Shown here piece by piece: positions 9,610-19,620 of a stretch of DNA of 64,000 nucleotides. This DNA comes from Gammaproteobacteria bacterium (GTDB taxonomy: Bacteria > Pseudomonadota > Gammaproteobacteria > Ga0077536). The notes beneath the pieces were generated by a model. The model made no database searches, was not told the origin of the DNA, and worked only from the letters and a program-made list of their open reading frames with translations. A program made the position numbers and the translations under genes. Location: positions 22,102 to 86,101 of the forward strand of contig JAVJVZ010000023.1 in NCBI GenBank assembly GCA_040220855.1. Reading direction: 5' to 3'. Within the stretch, counting starts at the first letter, position 1. Each line of letters begins with the position of its first letter.

Positions 9610-10161
9610 TCACGCCGAGCCCGGCGCTTCGCCAGCGGGGACAACGGCCTCGGCGAGCCGGCGCGCGCGGGCGATGTTCTCCACGTGCAGCGTGCGCATC
9701 CAGCGCAAGTCGGCAATCAACGCGGCATCGGCGAGGCGCGGCAGCGCCGCGTCGATGCGACGCACCACCCAGGCCTGGCCGCGGTCGAGCAGCGCCAGGC
9801 GAGCCGGGAAATCGGGCGCCGCTGCGAGGCGTTCGAGGAACGCGCCCGGCGGGCCGGCGGCGTCGCTACCGTAACGCCTGAGCTGCGCAACCAGCATGCT
9901 GCAGCAGCGTCCCTCGTCGCGCGCCAGCGCGACCAGGACGCCCCGCGCCGTGGCGGGACCCGCGGGCAGGCACAGCTCCGTGATGCCCCGCGCGCCGGCG
10001 CGCTCGGCGGCCAGCAGCTCGGCGAGCAACGCGCGTATCTCCGCGGCGTCGGCGAGGCCCCGCCACGCCGGGTCGACATCGTCGAGCGCGCAGGGAGACG
10101 AAGCGACCTCGGCCGCGCCGTGGTGGTCGGGCACGCGTTCGCCGCCATGCCGATTGCTCAT
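9610..10161 (-). CDS. Hypothetical protein (possibly DUF6306 / ferritin-like helical protein)
   Basis: 183 aa, helical. The motif LLAELLAAERAGAR...LALLDRGQAWVVRRI recalls the DUF6306 family. The stop overlaps the MTHFS start by 4 nt, suggesting an operon. Confidence 0.5.
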   Translation of the reverse strand: MSNRHGGERVPDHHGAAEVASSPCALDDVDPAWRGLADAAEIRALLAELLAAERAGARGITELCLPAGPATARGVLVALARDEGRCCSMLVAQLRRYGSDAAGPPGAFLERLAAAPDFPARLALLDRGQAWVVRRIDAALPRLADAALIADLRWMRTLHVENIARARRLAEAVVPAGEAPGSA

Positions 10162-10934
10162 GCGTTGCCTCGCGGTCCGGCGTCGTGCGCATGCCCGGCC
10201 GGCTCGCGTGGAACGCCGCCGGTTGCCGCGGGTGCATGGCTGACACTGGCGCCGGCCGAAACCGTGCCCCAGCTACGTTCGAGGTCCGCCGCACGCTGCG
10301 CGCCGCGGCCGCGGTAACGCGTCAGCGCGGTGTCGGTCACGATGACGTCCATCGGCATGTCGTGGGGCTGCGGCAGGATGGTCGGCAGGCGCGCCCCGGC
10401 ATAGCCGACGCCGATGGCGAGCGGCCGCGGCACCGCGGCTGCCAGCGTGCGGTCGTAGTAGCCGCCGCCGTGGCCGAGGCGGTAGCCGGCGTCATCGTAG
10501 CCGAGCAATGGCACCAGCAGTACGTCCGGCGTCACTTCAGGGGCCGCGGCCGGGACCGGGATACCCCAGACGCCGCGCGTCATGCGCATCCCCGGCCACC
10601 AGCGACGGAACACGAGTGGCCGAGCGGGCGCCGCCACCACCGGGAGAGCGAAATCGACCGCGCGATCCGCCAGCGAATCGGCCAGCGGGCGCAGGTCGAG
10701 TTCACCCCGAAACGGCCAGTAGAGTCCGATGCAGGCGCCGTCCAGTTCCGGCAGGTGGTGCTCGAGCACGGCCCGCACGAAGTGCGCAGTGCGCTCGCGC
10801 AGGGCCGCGGGTACGGCTTCGCGCTCGGCACGCAGCACGTGTCGAACGCCGACACGCCACGTGCGTACCGTTGGCCACGTGGCATCTGCGGACGGCGGCA
10901 CGGCGGGCCGCGCCTGGGGTGTCACGTCGGTCAC
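10158..10934 (-). CDS. 5-formyltetrahydrofolate cyclo-ligase (MTHFS)
   Basis: Signature LLVPLLGYDDAGYRLGHGGGYYDRTL. GTG start. Long low-complexity C-terminal tail. Confidence 0.8.
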   Translation of the reverse strand: MTDVTPQARPAVPPSADATWPTVRTWRVGVRHVLRAEREAVPAALRERTAHFVRAVLEHHLPELDGACIGLYWPFRGELDLRPLADSLADRAVDFALPVVAAPARPLVFRRWWPGMRMTRGVWGIPVPAAAPEVTPDVLLVPLLGYDDAGYRLGHGGGYYDRTLAAAVPRPLAIGVGYAGARLPTILPQPHDMPMDVIVTDTALTRYRGRGAQRAADLERSWGTVSAGASVSHAPAATGGVPREPAGHAHDAGPRGNA

Positions 10935-11023
10935 ACGACCTCCTGCAGTGGCGATGGTCGGAGCATGGATGACACCCTAGATCGACGCCATCAATCGCTC
11001 AAGCAAAATTAATCTGGAATTCA

Positions 11024-11042
11024 TATCGACACCATCGATATA
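11024..11042. promoter_or_regulatory. Palindromic operator ATATCGA-N5-TCGATAT in an AT-rich divergent promoter region
   Basis: Perfect 7-bp inverted arms. Same core as the site at 11152-11166. Confidence 0.4.
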
Positions 11043-11151
11043 AAAAACCGGACTCACAGGCTGCAGCGAGCCTCGCGCGCCTGCACGATCTGACCAGGCA
11101 TGCTTTTCGGCGCAGTTGATATCATCAAAAAGAATGAAAAAATCACTTAAT

Positions 11152-11166
11152 ATCGAATCTTTCGAT
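11152..11166. promoter_or_regulatory. LysR-type T-N11-A box (ATCGA-N5-TCGAT), about 27 bp upstream of the LysR start
   Basis: Palindrome ATCGAATCTTTCGAT fits the T-N11-A architecture and its position is typical for LTTR autoregulation. Confidence 0.45.
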
Positions 11167-11192
11167 GCATAATGGGCTCACGCACGACGCGA

Positions 11193-12080
11193 ATGGATAC
11201 CGAACTCGCCCGTACCTTTCTCACCGTCATCGAGCGCGGCAGCTTCGTGCGAGCCGCCGAGCATCTCCATCTCACGCAGTCGTCGGTCAGTGCGCGCATC
11301 GCCGCGCTCGAGCGCGAACTCGGTTGCCGCCTGTTCGTGCGCAACCGCGCCGGTATCCGCCTCACGACGGAGGGGCACCGCTTCCAGCGTCATGCGGCGG
11401 CACTCGTGCGTGCGCTCGAGAACGCGCGCCAGGCCCTCGGCGTCGCGCGCGCCTACCCCGAGGAACTCGTCGTCGGCGCGCGCTTCGGCTTGTGGGACGG
11501 CTTCATGCTCGAATGGCTCGCGGCGTTACGCAGCCACGCTCCCGCAGTCGCCGTGCGCGCCGAGGTCGGCTTCGAGGACACCCTCATGCAGGCCCTGATC
11601 GAGGGTCGCCTCGACCTCGGCGTGATGTACACCCCGCAATACCGCCCGGGGCTGGTCGTCCAGCGCCTGTTCGAGGAGACACTGGTACTCGTCAGCACCG
11701 ACCCGCGCGACGATGCCCTCCCCGGTCGCGGTTATGTCTACGTCGACTGGGGCCCGGAATTCGGTCGCCAGCACCAGGCCGATTTCCCCGACTACGCGGG
11801 CGCTGCGATCACGGTCAACATCGGCTGGCTCGGCCTGCGCCACATCCTCGCCAAGGGTGGCAGCGGCTACTTCCCACAGCGCCTCGTCGACCCGCATCTC
11901 GTCGCCGGCCGCCTCGGCCTGGTCGACGGTGCGCCGCGCTTTGCGCTACCCGCTTACGCCGTGCACGCCACGGCAGCCGCCGAGGAGCCGCCGCTGCGTG
12001 CCGCGCTCGCGTTGCTCGGCGCGCGCGCGGCACAGCACGTTCAACCCTCGATATCCTCGAACAGCACGCTCGACAGGTAG
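11193..12080 (+). CDS. LysR-family transcriptional regulator
   Basis: N-terminal HTH ([40 protein letters not shown]) and a C-terminal substrate-binding domain. Confidence 0.85.
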   Translation: MDTELARTFLTVIERGSFVRAAEHLHLTQSSVSARIAALERELGCRLFVRNRAGIRLTTEGHRFQRHAAALVRALENARQALGVARAYPEELVVGARFGLWDGFMLEWLAALRSHAPAVAVRAEVGFEDTLMQALIEGRLDLGVMYTPQYRPGLVVQRLFEETLVLVSTDPRDDALPGRGYVYVDWGPEFGRQHQADFPDYAGAAITVNIGWLGLRHILAKGGSGYFPQRLVDPHLVAGRLGLVDGAPRFALPAYAVHATAAAEEPPLRAALALLGARAAQHVQPSISSNSTLDR

Positions 12081-12997
12081 CGCTCGCCGGCATCGGGCAG
12101 CACGACCACGATGGTCTTGCCGGCGAAGGCCGGCTCGGCGGCCAGGCGTGCCGCGACCACCGTGGCCGCACCGCACGAGATGCCGGCGAGGATGCCTTCC
12201 TCGGTGGCGAGCCGCCGCGCCATGGCGACGGCGTCTTCGTTGGAGACCTGTTCGACGCGGTCGATCAGGGCCAGGTCGAGCACGCTCGGTACGAAGCCGG
12301 CCCCGATGCCCTGGATCTTGTGCGGCGCCGGCTTGACCTCTTCGCCCGCCAGGGTCTGCGCAATCACCGGACTGGTCTCGGGCTCTACCGCCACGGTGGT
12401 CACGACGTGTCCGCAGGTGTTCTTGAGATAGCGCGCGACCCCGGTGATGGTGCCGCCCGTGCCGACACCGGCGACGAAGGCGTCGATATTGCCTTCGGTC
12501 TGCGCCCAGAGCTCGGGGCCGGTCGTCTTCTCGTGGATGGCCGGGTTGGCCGGGTTGTCGAACTGCTGCGGCATGAAGTAGCGCCGGGCATCGCTGGCCG
12601 CGATTTCGGCCGCCTTCGCGATGGCACCTTTCATGCCTTTCGCGCCCTCCGTCAGTACGAGGTTGGCGCCGAAGGCCTTGAGCACCTTGCGGCGCTCGAG
12701 GCTCATGCTGTCCGGCATGGTGAGCGTGAGCTTGTAGCCGCGCGCTGCGCACACGAAGGCGAGCGCGATGCCGGTGTTGCCGCTGGTCGGCTCGACCACC
12801 TCCACACCCGGTTTGAGCAGGCCCTTCTCCTCGGCATCCCAGATCATCGCCGCACCGATACGGCACTTCACCGAGTAGGCCGGGTTGCGCCCCTCGATCT
12901 TGGCCAGCACCGTCGCGCGCGCCGGGTCGACGATACGATTGAGCCGCACCAGCGGCGTATTACCGATGGACAACGAATTGTCGGTGAAATAGCTCAT
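12041..12997 (-). CDS. cysK: Cysteine synthase A (O-acetylserine sulfhydrylase)
   Basis: PLP-lysine context ([11 protein letters not shown]), TSGNTG, and the [10 protein letters not shown] loop. Start re-picked at MSYFTDNS. Confidence 0.88.
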   Translation of the reverse strand: MSYFTDNSLSIGNTPLVRLNRIVDPARATVLAKIEGRNPAYSVKCRIGAAMIWDAEEKGLLKPGVEVVEPTSGNTGIALAFVCAARGYKLTLTMPDSMSLERRKVLKAFGANLVLTEGAKGMKGAIAKAAEIAASDARRYFMPQQFDNPANPAIHEKTTGPELWAQTEGNIDAFVAGVGTGGTITGVARYLKNTCGHVVTTVAVEPETSPVIAQTLAGEEVKPAPHKIQGIGAGFVPSVLDLALIDRVEQVSNEDAVAMARRLATEEGILAGISCGAATVVAARLAAEPAFAGKTIVVVLPDAGERYLSSVLFEDIEG

Positions 12998-13101
12998 GAT
13001 CGCTGACCTCCACTCCGGGATGCTCTTACCCGCATGGCGCGACGCCGGCGCCGCGCTCGACCCGCCACACGCCGCCGGACCATCGGCCTCGCCCCACCGC
13101 G

Positions 13102-13725
13102 TCAATCGGCATCGCCGCGCACCGCGCCGTCGCCGCCAACGGCGTCCCGCGCCCGTGGCGGACCCTGGCCGGCGTCGAAGAGGTCCGAACCGAGACTGCG
13201 CGTCTCGGCGCCGCTGACGGTACGGATGGCGCGTTGGAACAGCATGTTGTTCGGAATGCGAACGGTAGAGCCGTCGTCGTCCTGCAACGTGGTGTAGACG
13301 AGATCGATGCCCAGCACCTTACCACGGATACCGCGCTTGGAGCCGTCGTTCAGCACCACCTCGATGACCTCGATGCGGTCGCCGATGCGAAACGGCGCGA
13401 AGAGCACCAGGAACAGCGCGCAGAGCATGTTGCTGAGCACGCTCCACAGCGCAACGAAGCCGACCGCGACCAGCACGAAGACTGCCGACAGGGCCGTCCA
13501 CAATGCCTGCACCGAGACCCCGAACTGCTGCATCACCGCCACCGCGGCCAGCGCCGTGAGGCTCCATTTCACCACGGCGCCGGCGATGAAGCGGGTGTTC
13601 GAACTGACGTGCCCGGCCGCGCCGAGGCGATCGACGGCACGCCGTGCGAGGACGTGTATCACCATCGCGACGACGACGATCACCGCCGCGCGCGACAAGG
13701 TCACCCACAGGGCGCCGGACTCCAT
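13102..13725 (-). CDS. Small-conductance mechanosensitive channel (MscS-family) protein
   Basis: Three TM helices followed by the MscS beta domain ([10 protein letters not shown]...[13 protein letters not shown]). Confidence 0.75.
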   Translation of the reverse strand: MESGALWVTLSRAAVIVVVAMVIHVLARRAVDRLGAAGHVSSNTRFIAGAVVKWSLTALAAVAVMQQFGVSVQALWTALSAVFVLVAVGFVALWSVLSNMLCALFLVLFAPFRIGDRIEVIEVVLNDGSKRGIRGKVLGIDLVYTTLQDDDGSTVRIPNNMLFQRAIRTVSGAETRSLGSDLFDAGQGPPRARDAVGGDGAVRGDAD

Positions 13726-13746
13726 GCGCGGTGGACGGAACGGCGG

Positions 13747-14760
13747 CTACAGGTGCGGAATGACCTGCTCGCCGAACAGCCGGATATCGGCGAGCGCCTC
13801 GGCCTGCGGCGGGCCGCCCGGCTGACGCATGCGCAGCATCACGTAGTCGGGCCGTATCTCGTCGCGCCACATCTGCAGCTGTTCGCGGCATTGCGACGGC
13901 GAGCCGGCGATGAGGCGATCGCGCGCAGCGATGTCGAAGCTGAGATCCTCCGGCCGCTTCACGTCCTTGATGTAGTCGTCGTGGACGTAGGCGCCGTAAT
14001 GGAAATACCAGCGGTGGGTGGTCATGGTCGGTGCGCTCTTGGCGACGCAGGCATCCCAGTCGGCGCCGATCACGCAGTCACGCATCAGCACCACGTAGGG
14101 CTTGCGACCGTGCTTGGCACATTCGGCGCGATACTGCTCGGCGTAATCCTTGATCACCGGCAGGGACTGGATCGGATCGGCAATCCACCCATCGCCCATG
14201 CGCCCGGCGCGCTCGAGGCCGGCCGGCACCCAGCCGGCCAGCCAGATCGGCGGGCCGCCGTCCTGGTAGGGCGTCGGGGTGACGCGGACATCCTCGATGC
14301 TGTGGTACTTGCTCGGGTAGCTGAACGGCTTGCCGGTCCAGGCTTCGCGCAGAATCTCGACACATTCTTCGGTCCGTCGCGCGCGCTGCTTGACGGGCAC
14401 GCCGAAGGCGTCGAAGTCGTGCGGCTGGTAACCGATGCCGAGCGCCGAAATCATGCGCCCGCGTGTCGCCTGGTCGACCACCGCAATATCCTCGGCGAGC
14501 CGGATGGGATGGTACAGCGGCGCGAGCAACACGCAGGTGCCGACCTTGATGCGTCGCGTGCGCATGCCGATCATGCCCGCCAGCAGCACCGGCGAAGGCA
14601 GGTAACCATCCTCCTGCTGGTGATGCTCGGTGAAGAAGAAGCCGTCGAAACCGACTTCCTCGCAGAGTTCTGCCTGCTCGACGAGTTCGTCGATGAGGCC
14701 GGCGACGTTGTCGCCATGCGGCGGATCCTGAGTACACGGAAAATAACCTACGGGCAGCAT
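13747..14760 (-). CDS. LLM-class flavin-dependent oxidoreductase (luciferase-like monooxygenase)
   Basis: TIM-barrel LLM motifs (FDGFFFTEHH, ISALGIGY). Confidence 0.8.
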   Translation of the reverse strand: MLPVGYFPCTQDPPHGDNVAGLIDELVEQAELCEEVGFDGFFFTEHHQQEDGYLPSPVLLAGMIGMRTRRIKVGTCVLLAPLYHPIRLAEDIAVVDQATRGRMISALGIGYQPHDFDAFGVPVKQRARRTEECVEILREAWTGKPFSYPSKYHSIEDVRVTPTPYQDGGPPIWLAGWVPAGLERAGRMGDGWIADPIQSLPVIKDYAEQYRAECAKHGRKPYVVLMRDCVIGADWDACVAKSAPTMTTHRWYFHYGAYVHDDYIKDVKRPEDLSFDIAARDRLIAGSPSQCREQLQMWRDEIRPDYVMLRMRQPGGPPQAEALADIRLFGEQVIPHL

Positions 14761-14928
14761 CGTCTCCCTCCCCTCTGTGGGCCAGCATGGTGCGGCATGA
14801 TGGCAGAAATGCGCGCGGCACGGGGCCGCGCGATGCGGGCGGCGACACCCTACGCAGCGCGTCGGCCCGCCGTCAACGCGTAGCCACGCGCGGCGCCGCG
14901 ACTGTCCGCGCCTGCGACAGCCGCACGT

Positions 14929-16119
14929 TCACTGCGGGGCGGGGCCGGCGGCGCGTCGGCGTGCCCCGGCAAGCAACAGCAGGCTGCCGGCGACGGCGGC
15001 CGCGAGGGAGCCGATCAATACGCCGATACGCGTCGCGCCGACATAGTCGAAGGCACCGCGTTCGAAGGCCAGGTTGCCGATGAACAGGCTCATCGTGAAG
15101 CCGATGCCGGCAAGCACGCACACGCCGTAGAAGCTGCGCCAGTCGGCGCCCTCCGGCAGGCGCGCGAGACCCAGCCGGATGGCGACCCAGCACACCGCGA
15201 ACACGCCCAGCTGCTTACCGAGGAACAGTCCGCTCGCGATGCCGAGCGGCACCGCGCTGACGACGAGCGCGGGGTCGAGACCCTTGAACGGCACGCCGGC
15301 ATTGACGAAGGCGAACACCGGCAGCACGAGGTAGGCGACCCACGGGTGCAGCGCGTGCTCAAGCCAGCGTAGCGGCGAATGGCCACGCGCGTCCGCGGCG
15401 AGCGGAATGCAGAGCGCAACGACGACGCCCGCCAGCGTGGCGTGCACGCCGGACTTGAGTACACCCACCCAGACCACGACACCGATCAGCAGGTAGGGGA
15501 TGATCGAGCGCACACCGCTGCGGTTGAGCGCGACGAGCGCGACGATCCCGCCGCCGGCGACGGCCAGCGCGCCAAGGGACAGATCGGCGGTATAGAAAAT
15601 GGCAATGACGATGATCGCGCCGAGGTCGTCGAAGATCGCAAGCGAGGTCAGGAACATGCGCAGGGATTGCGGGACGCGCGAGCCCAGCAGCGAGAGCACG
15701 CCGAGCGCGAAGGCGATATCGGTCGCGGCCGGAATGGCCCAGCCCTGGCGCGCCGCAGGGTCATCGTGGGTGAAAGCGAGGTAGATCAGCGCAGGCAGCA
15801 CGAAGCCGCCGATGGCACCGAGACCGGGCAACAGGATCTGGGAGCGATTGGAGAGTTCCCCCTCGAGCACCTCGCGCTTGATTTCGAGGCCGACGAGCAG
15901 GAAGAACACCGCCATCAGGCCATCGTTGACCCACAGGAAGAGTGGCTTGTCGATGCCGACGCCATCCACCAGTACGGCGAGGTGGACGATCAGCAGGCGG
16001 TCGTACCAGATTGCAAGCGGGGTGTTGCTGGCGAGCAGCGCGGCGGCGGTCGCCGCCATCAGCAGGATGCCGGCAGCCGCCTCGAGACGCAGGAACTCAC
16101 GGATCAGTGACAGTGGCAT
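14929..16119 (-). CDS. nhaA: Na+/H+ antiporter NhaA
   Basis: Twelve-TM profile with conserved NhaA segments (LAIFDDLGAI, FFLLVGLEIKRE). Start re-picked at MPLSLIREF; the upstream part of the ORF is a read-through of the MITE inverted repeat. Confidence 0.85.
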   Translation of the reverse strand: MPLSLIREFLRLEAAAGILLMAATAAALLASNTPLAIWYDRLLIVHLAVLVDGVGIDKPLFLWVNDGLMAVFFLLVGLEIKREVLEGELSNRSQILLPGLGAIGGFVLPALIYLAFTHDDPAARQGWAIPAATDIAFALGVLSLLGSRVPQSLRMFLTSLAIFDDLGAIIVIAIFYTADLSLGALAVAGGGIVALVALNRSGVRSIIPYLLIGVVVWVGVLKSGVHATLAGVVVALCIPLAADARGHSPLRWLEHALHPWVAYLVLPVFAFVNAGVPFKGLDPALVVSAVPLGIASGLFLGKQLGVFAVCWVAIRLGLARLPEGADWRSFYGVCVLAGIGFTMSLFIGNLAFERGAFDYVGATRIGVLIGSLAAAVAGSLLLLAGARRRAAGPAPQ

Positions 16120-16121
16120 AG

Positions 16122-16438
16122 TAGAACCGGTCTCACAATTAATCGTGGGTGCGTTGGCGCCCAAAAAGCTCGGCCCCAAGAAGATCGTTGGTGGGGACAC
16201 AGTGCGCAGGGAATAGTGGTTCTATTGCCAAGCACTGTAACGCCGTAGACGGGCCCCATGAAAATGTTGGTGGGGGGGGGCAACCCGAAGGGCCGATGGC
16301 TGCCAAATCCATCCTTTCTGGCGCGCATTTCCGCGTTGCTCGTCACTCACACGCTGAGCATCCTATTCGCTCCTCGCGCCTTGAACTGCGCGAAAGCAGC
16401 CGTCGGCGCAACCACGATTAATTGTGAGACCGGTTCTA
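16122..16438. mobile_element. MITE-like non-autonomous element with 27-bp perfect terminal inverted repeats and no coding capacity
   Basis: TAGAACCGGTCTCACAATTAATCGTGG at 16122-16148 is the exact reverse complement of 16412-16438. The interior is about 260 bp, lower in GC than its surroundings, and contains only short overlapping ORFs. Confidence 0.6.
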
Positions 16439-16535
16439 GTCACTCTGGCGTGGTATCGCGCCGCGATCAAGCCGCGCCCGAGAACGGCAGGCGCACTGGT
16501 TACAATCGCGCCGACGTCGCGCAGGAGTCCGCTTG

Positions 16536-18182
16536 ATGTATCTCGATCGCACCGCCACCACCTATGACGAAGTCCGCGCCCGCTTCAGCTGGGACGGCCG
16601 CGTACCCGACGAGCTCAATCTCGCGCACATGGTCTGCGATCGCTGGGCCGACGATCCGCAACGCGTCGCGCTCGTCTATGAACGCGCCCCGGGCGAGGTC
16701 GAACGCCATACCTATGCGCGCCTGCGCGAATGGAGTGACCGTTGCGCGAATCTCTACGCGAGCTGCGGTCTCAACCGCGGCGACCGGGTGGCGGTGCTGC
16801 TGCAACAGCACCCCGAGGCCATCGTCGCCCATCTCGGCGCGTGGAAACGCGGGCTCGTCAGCTGCCCGCTCGCCGTGCTGTTCGGCCCGGACGCGCTCGC
16901 CTATCGTCTCGCCGACTGCTGCGCGCGCGTGGTCGTGACGGACGCCGCCAACGCACCCAAGGTGCAGGAGATCCGCGGCGCGTGTCCGGCGCTCGAGGAA
17001 GTCTTCGTCATCGACGGCGCCGTGCCCGGCTGCACCGACTTCCACGCCGCGCTCGCGGCGCAACCGGACACGACCGAGGTCGCCGTGACGCACGCCGACG
17101 ATGCCGCCTGGATCAGTTACACCTCGGGCACCACCGGCCCGCCCAAAGGCGCGCTGCAGCCGCACCGCATGCTGCTCGGCATCCTGCCCAGCCTCGAGTT
17201 CGTGTGGGACTTCTTTCCCCGCACCGGGGACGTGACCTGGTCCCCGGCCGACTGGTCGTGGATGGGCGGCTTCACCGGCGTCATGCTGCCGAGCCTGTGG
17301 CATGGATTGACCACCGTCGGCACACGCCTTGGGCCATTCGAACCCGAAAATGCGTACCGCATCCTCGCCACCCATGGCGTGACCTGCACGCTGCTGGTAC
17401 CGACCATGCTGAAGCTGATGCGCCAGGTGCCGGCGCCGCGTGAGCGCTACGACCTGCGCCTGCGCGTGGTGAAGTCGGGCGCCGAGGCGGTCGGCGCGGA
17501 ACTGCTCGAGTGGGCCACGCGCGAACTCGGTGTGATCGTCAACGAAGTGTTCGGCCAGACCGAATGCATGGAGCCGCTCGGCAACAACGCCGCGGTGATG
17601 CCGATCAAGCCCGGCTCGATCGGCCGCCCCCTGCCCGGCCACGAATGTGCCATCGTCGACGACGACGGGCGTGAGCTGGGGACCGACCAGCTCGGTCACA
17701 TCGCGGTGCGCGCACCGCACCCGGTGATGTTTCTCGGCTACCTCGGCCGCGACGACGCGACCAGCGACAAGTACCGCGGCGACTGGCTCATCACCGGTGA
17801 CCTCGGCGTGCGCGATGCCGATGGCTATTACTGGTTCCGTGGGCGCGCCGACGACGTCATCACCAGTGCCGGCTACCGGATCGGCCCGGCCGAGATCGAG
17901 GATGCGCTGCTGCGTCATCCGGCGGTCGGCAACGCTGCCGTGATCGGCGTGCCCGATGCCGAGCGCACCGAGGTGATCAAGGCGTTCGTCGTGCTCGCCC
18001 CCGGCCATCACGGCGATGCGGCGCTGGTCGAGGCGCTACGCGACCACGTGCGCACGCGCCTGGCGCGCCACGAGGTGCCACGCTTCGTCGAGTTCGTCGA
18101 CAGCCTGCCGATGACGACTACCCACAAGGTGATGCGCCGCGAGCTGCGCGAGCGCGAACGGCAGCGTCGCGACAGCGCCTGA
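16536..18182 (+). CDS. AMP-dependent acyl-CoA synthetase/ligase
   Basis: AMP-binding motif YTSGTTGPPKG, the downstream GWLITGD-type motif, and a C-terminal K. AGGAG RBS 8 nt before the ATG at 16536. Confidence 0.85.
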   Translation: MYLDRTATTYDEVRARFSWDGRVPDELNLAHMVCDRWADDPQRVALVYERAPGEVERHTYARLREWSDRCANLYASCGLNRGDRVAVLLQQHPEAIVAHLGAWKRGLVSCPLAVLFGPDALAYRLADCCARVVVTDAANAPKVQEIRGACPALEEVFVIDGAVPGCTDFHAALAAQPDTTEVAVTHADDAAWISYTSGTTGPPKGALQPHRMLLGILPSLEFVWDFFPRTGDVTWSPADWSWMGGFTGVMLPSLWHGLTTVGTRLGPFEPENAYRILATHGVTCTLLVPTMLKLMRQVPAPRERYDLRLRVVKSGAEAVGAELLEWATRELGVIVNEVFGQTECMEPLGNNAAVMPIKPGSIGRPLPGHECAIVDDDGRELGTDQLGHIAVRAPHPVMFLGYLGRDDATSDKYRGDWLITGDLGVRDADGYYWFRGRADDVITSAGYRIGPAEIEDALLRHPAVGNAAVIGVPDAERTEVIKAFVVLAPGHHGDAALVEALRDHVRTRLARHEVPRFVEFVDSLPMTTTHKVMRRELRERERQRRDSA

Positions 18183-18212
18183 ACCGCGCCGCGAGCGCTG
18201 CTGGCGACCCGC

Positions 18213-18593
18213 TCAGCGGCGCAGTCCACCGAGCTCCCACAGCCCCCAGCCGATGCCGGCGAGCAGCAGCACGTGCGCGGTCACGCGCACGTCACCGGGC
18301 ACGCCTCCGCCATCGAGCAGCAAGCCGAGCATGAGCAGCAGGAAGCCCGCGGCAACAGTGCGCAGCGGACCGCGCAGCGCACTCACCGCGCGCTGCACCA
18401 GCAGGCCGACGAGCGTGGCCACGACGAGCACCGCGAAGCCGCACCAGAAGATCACCATCAGTTCCGCACGCGCACCGAGCAGTGCGATCGCCGCGAGCGC
18501 CGCCAGCGCGAGCGCGCCACCGGTCAGCGCGACCAGCGCGACGGCACGCTCGGCCGCCGAGGGTGTCGGCCAGCGTGGGTCGTCGTCAGCCAT
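18213..18593 (-). CDS. Hypothetical small membrane protein
   Basis: 126 aa, four predicted TM helices, no recognisable family. Confidence 0.4.
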   Translation of the reverse strand: MADDDPRWPTPSAAERAVALVALTGGALALAALAAIALLGARAELMVIFWCGFAVLVVATLVGLLVQRAVSALRGPLRTVAAGFLLLMLGLLLDGGGVPGDVRVTAHVLLLAGIGWGLWELGGLRR

Positions 18594-18617
18594 GCGCAGC
18601 GCCGTGTCGGGGCAGGC

Positions 18618-19619
18618 TCACGCGGACATCCCGTAAGGTTCCGCGAGTGCGCCGAGCTGCTCGCGCAGCTCGAGCACGTGACGTTCCCAGTAGGCCTGCG
18701 TACCGAACCAGGGAAACGCGTGCGGAAAGGCCGGATCGCTCCAGCGGCGCGCGAGCCAGGCGCTGTAGTGAAGCATGCGCAGCGTACGCAGCGGTTCGAT
18801 CAGCGCCAGCTCGCGGTAATCGAAATCGGCGAACTCCTCGTAGCCCTCGAGCACTGCATCGAGTTGCGTGCGCTGCTCGGCGCCATCGCCGGCCAGCAGC
18901 ATCCACAGGTCCTGTACCGCGGGCGCCATGCGTGCGTCGTCGAAATCGACGAAATGCGGGCGCTCGTCGCGCCACAGTACGTTGCCGCCGTGGCAGTCGC
19001 CGTGAACGCGCAGGTAACGCACCTCGCCCGCCGCGGCGAAGCGCGCCTCGACATGGGCGAGCAGATCGCGCGTGATGCTGCTGTACGCAGCGCGCAGGTC
19101 GGCGGGAATCCAGCGCTCGGTGAGAAAGGCGACGCTCGCATGGCCGAAGCCATCGACGCCGAGCGTTTCGCGCGCGCTGAACGGGCGCGCACCACCCACC
19201 GTGTGCAGGCGGGCAAGGAAGCGCCCCATGATGACGAGGTTGTCGCGCCGGTCGAGCTCCGGCGCGCGACCGCCGCGACGCGGGTACAGCGCGAGGCGGA
19301 AACCGGCATGGTGGACGAGCGTCGTGCCGTCGCCCTGCGCCATCGGCGCGACCACCGGCAGGTCCCGGGCGGCGAGCTCGGCGACGAAGGCGTGCTCCTC
19401 GGCAATCGCCGCGTCGCTCCAGCGTGCCGGGCGATAGAACTTGGCGACGAGCGGTTCGCCGTCCTCGCGCCCGACCTGGTAGACGCGATTCTCGTAGCTG
19501 TTCAGCGCGAGGAGGCGGCCGTCGCAGCGGTGCCCGCAGGCCTCCACCGCGGCAAGGACGAAGTCGGGCGTGAGGCGCTCGAAGGGATGAGTCTCGCCGG
19601 CCGCGCCTGCCTCCCCCAT
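18618..19619 (-). CDS. srkA: Stress-response Ser/Thr kinase SrkA (YihE/RdoA family)
   Basis: APH-like kinase motifs (LNSYENRVYQV, HGDCHGGNVLW, FVDFDD). Length 333 aa. Confidence 0.8.
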   Translation of the reverse strand: MGEAGAAGETHPFERLTPDFVLAAVEACGHRCDGRLLALNSYENRVYQVGREDGEPLVAKFYRPARWSDAAIAEEHAFVAELAARDLPVVAPMAQGDGTTLVHHAGFRLALYPRRGGRAPELDRRDNLVIMGRFLARLHTVGGARPFSARETLGVDGFGHASVAFLTERWIPADLRAAYSSITRDLLAHVEARFAAAGEVRYLRVHGDCHGGNVLWRDERPHFVDFDDARMAPAVQDLWMLLAGDGAEQRTQLDAVLEGYEEFADFDYRELALIEPLRTLRMLHYSAWLARRWSDPAFPHAFPWFGTQAYWERHVLELREQLGALAEPYGMSA

Positions 19620-19620
19620 T

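Noticed and set aside
10935-11130. 6S RNA (ssrS) upstream of the MTHFS gene as a definite feature
   Set aside because: Suggested only by the conserved ssrS-ygfA linkage in other proteobacteria. The region is AT-rich and promoter-like, and I could not verify 6S secondary-structure hallmarks by eye. Kept only as a low-interest finding.
11165-14883. 613-aa ORF 11165..13006 (+) and 549-aa ORF 13234..14883 (+)
   Set aside because: Overlap LysR (same strand, other frame) and cysK, MscS and LLM genes on the opposite strand. No motifs.
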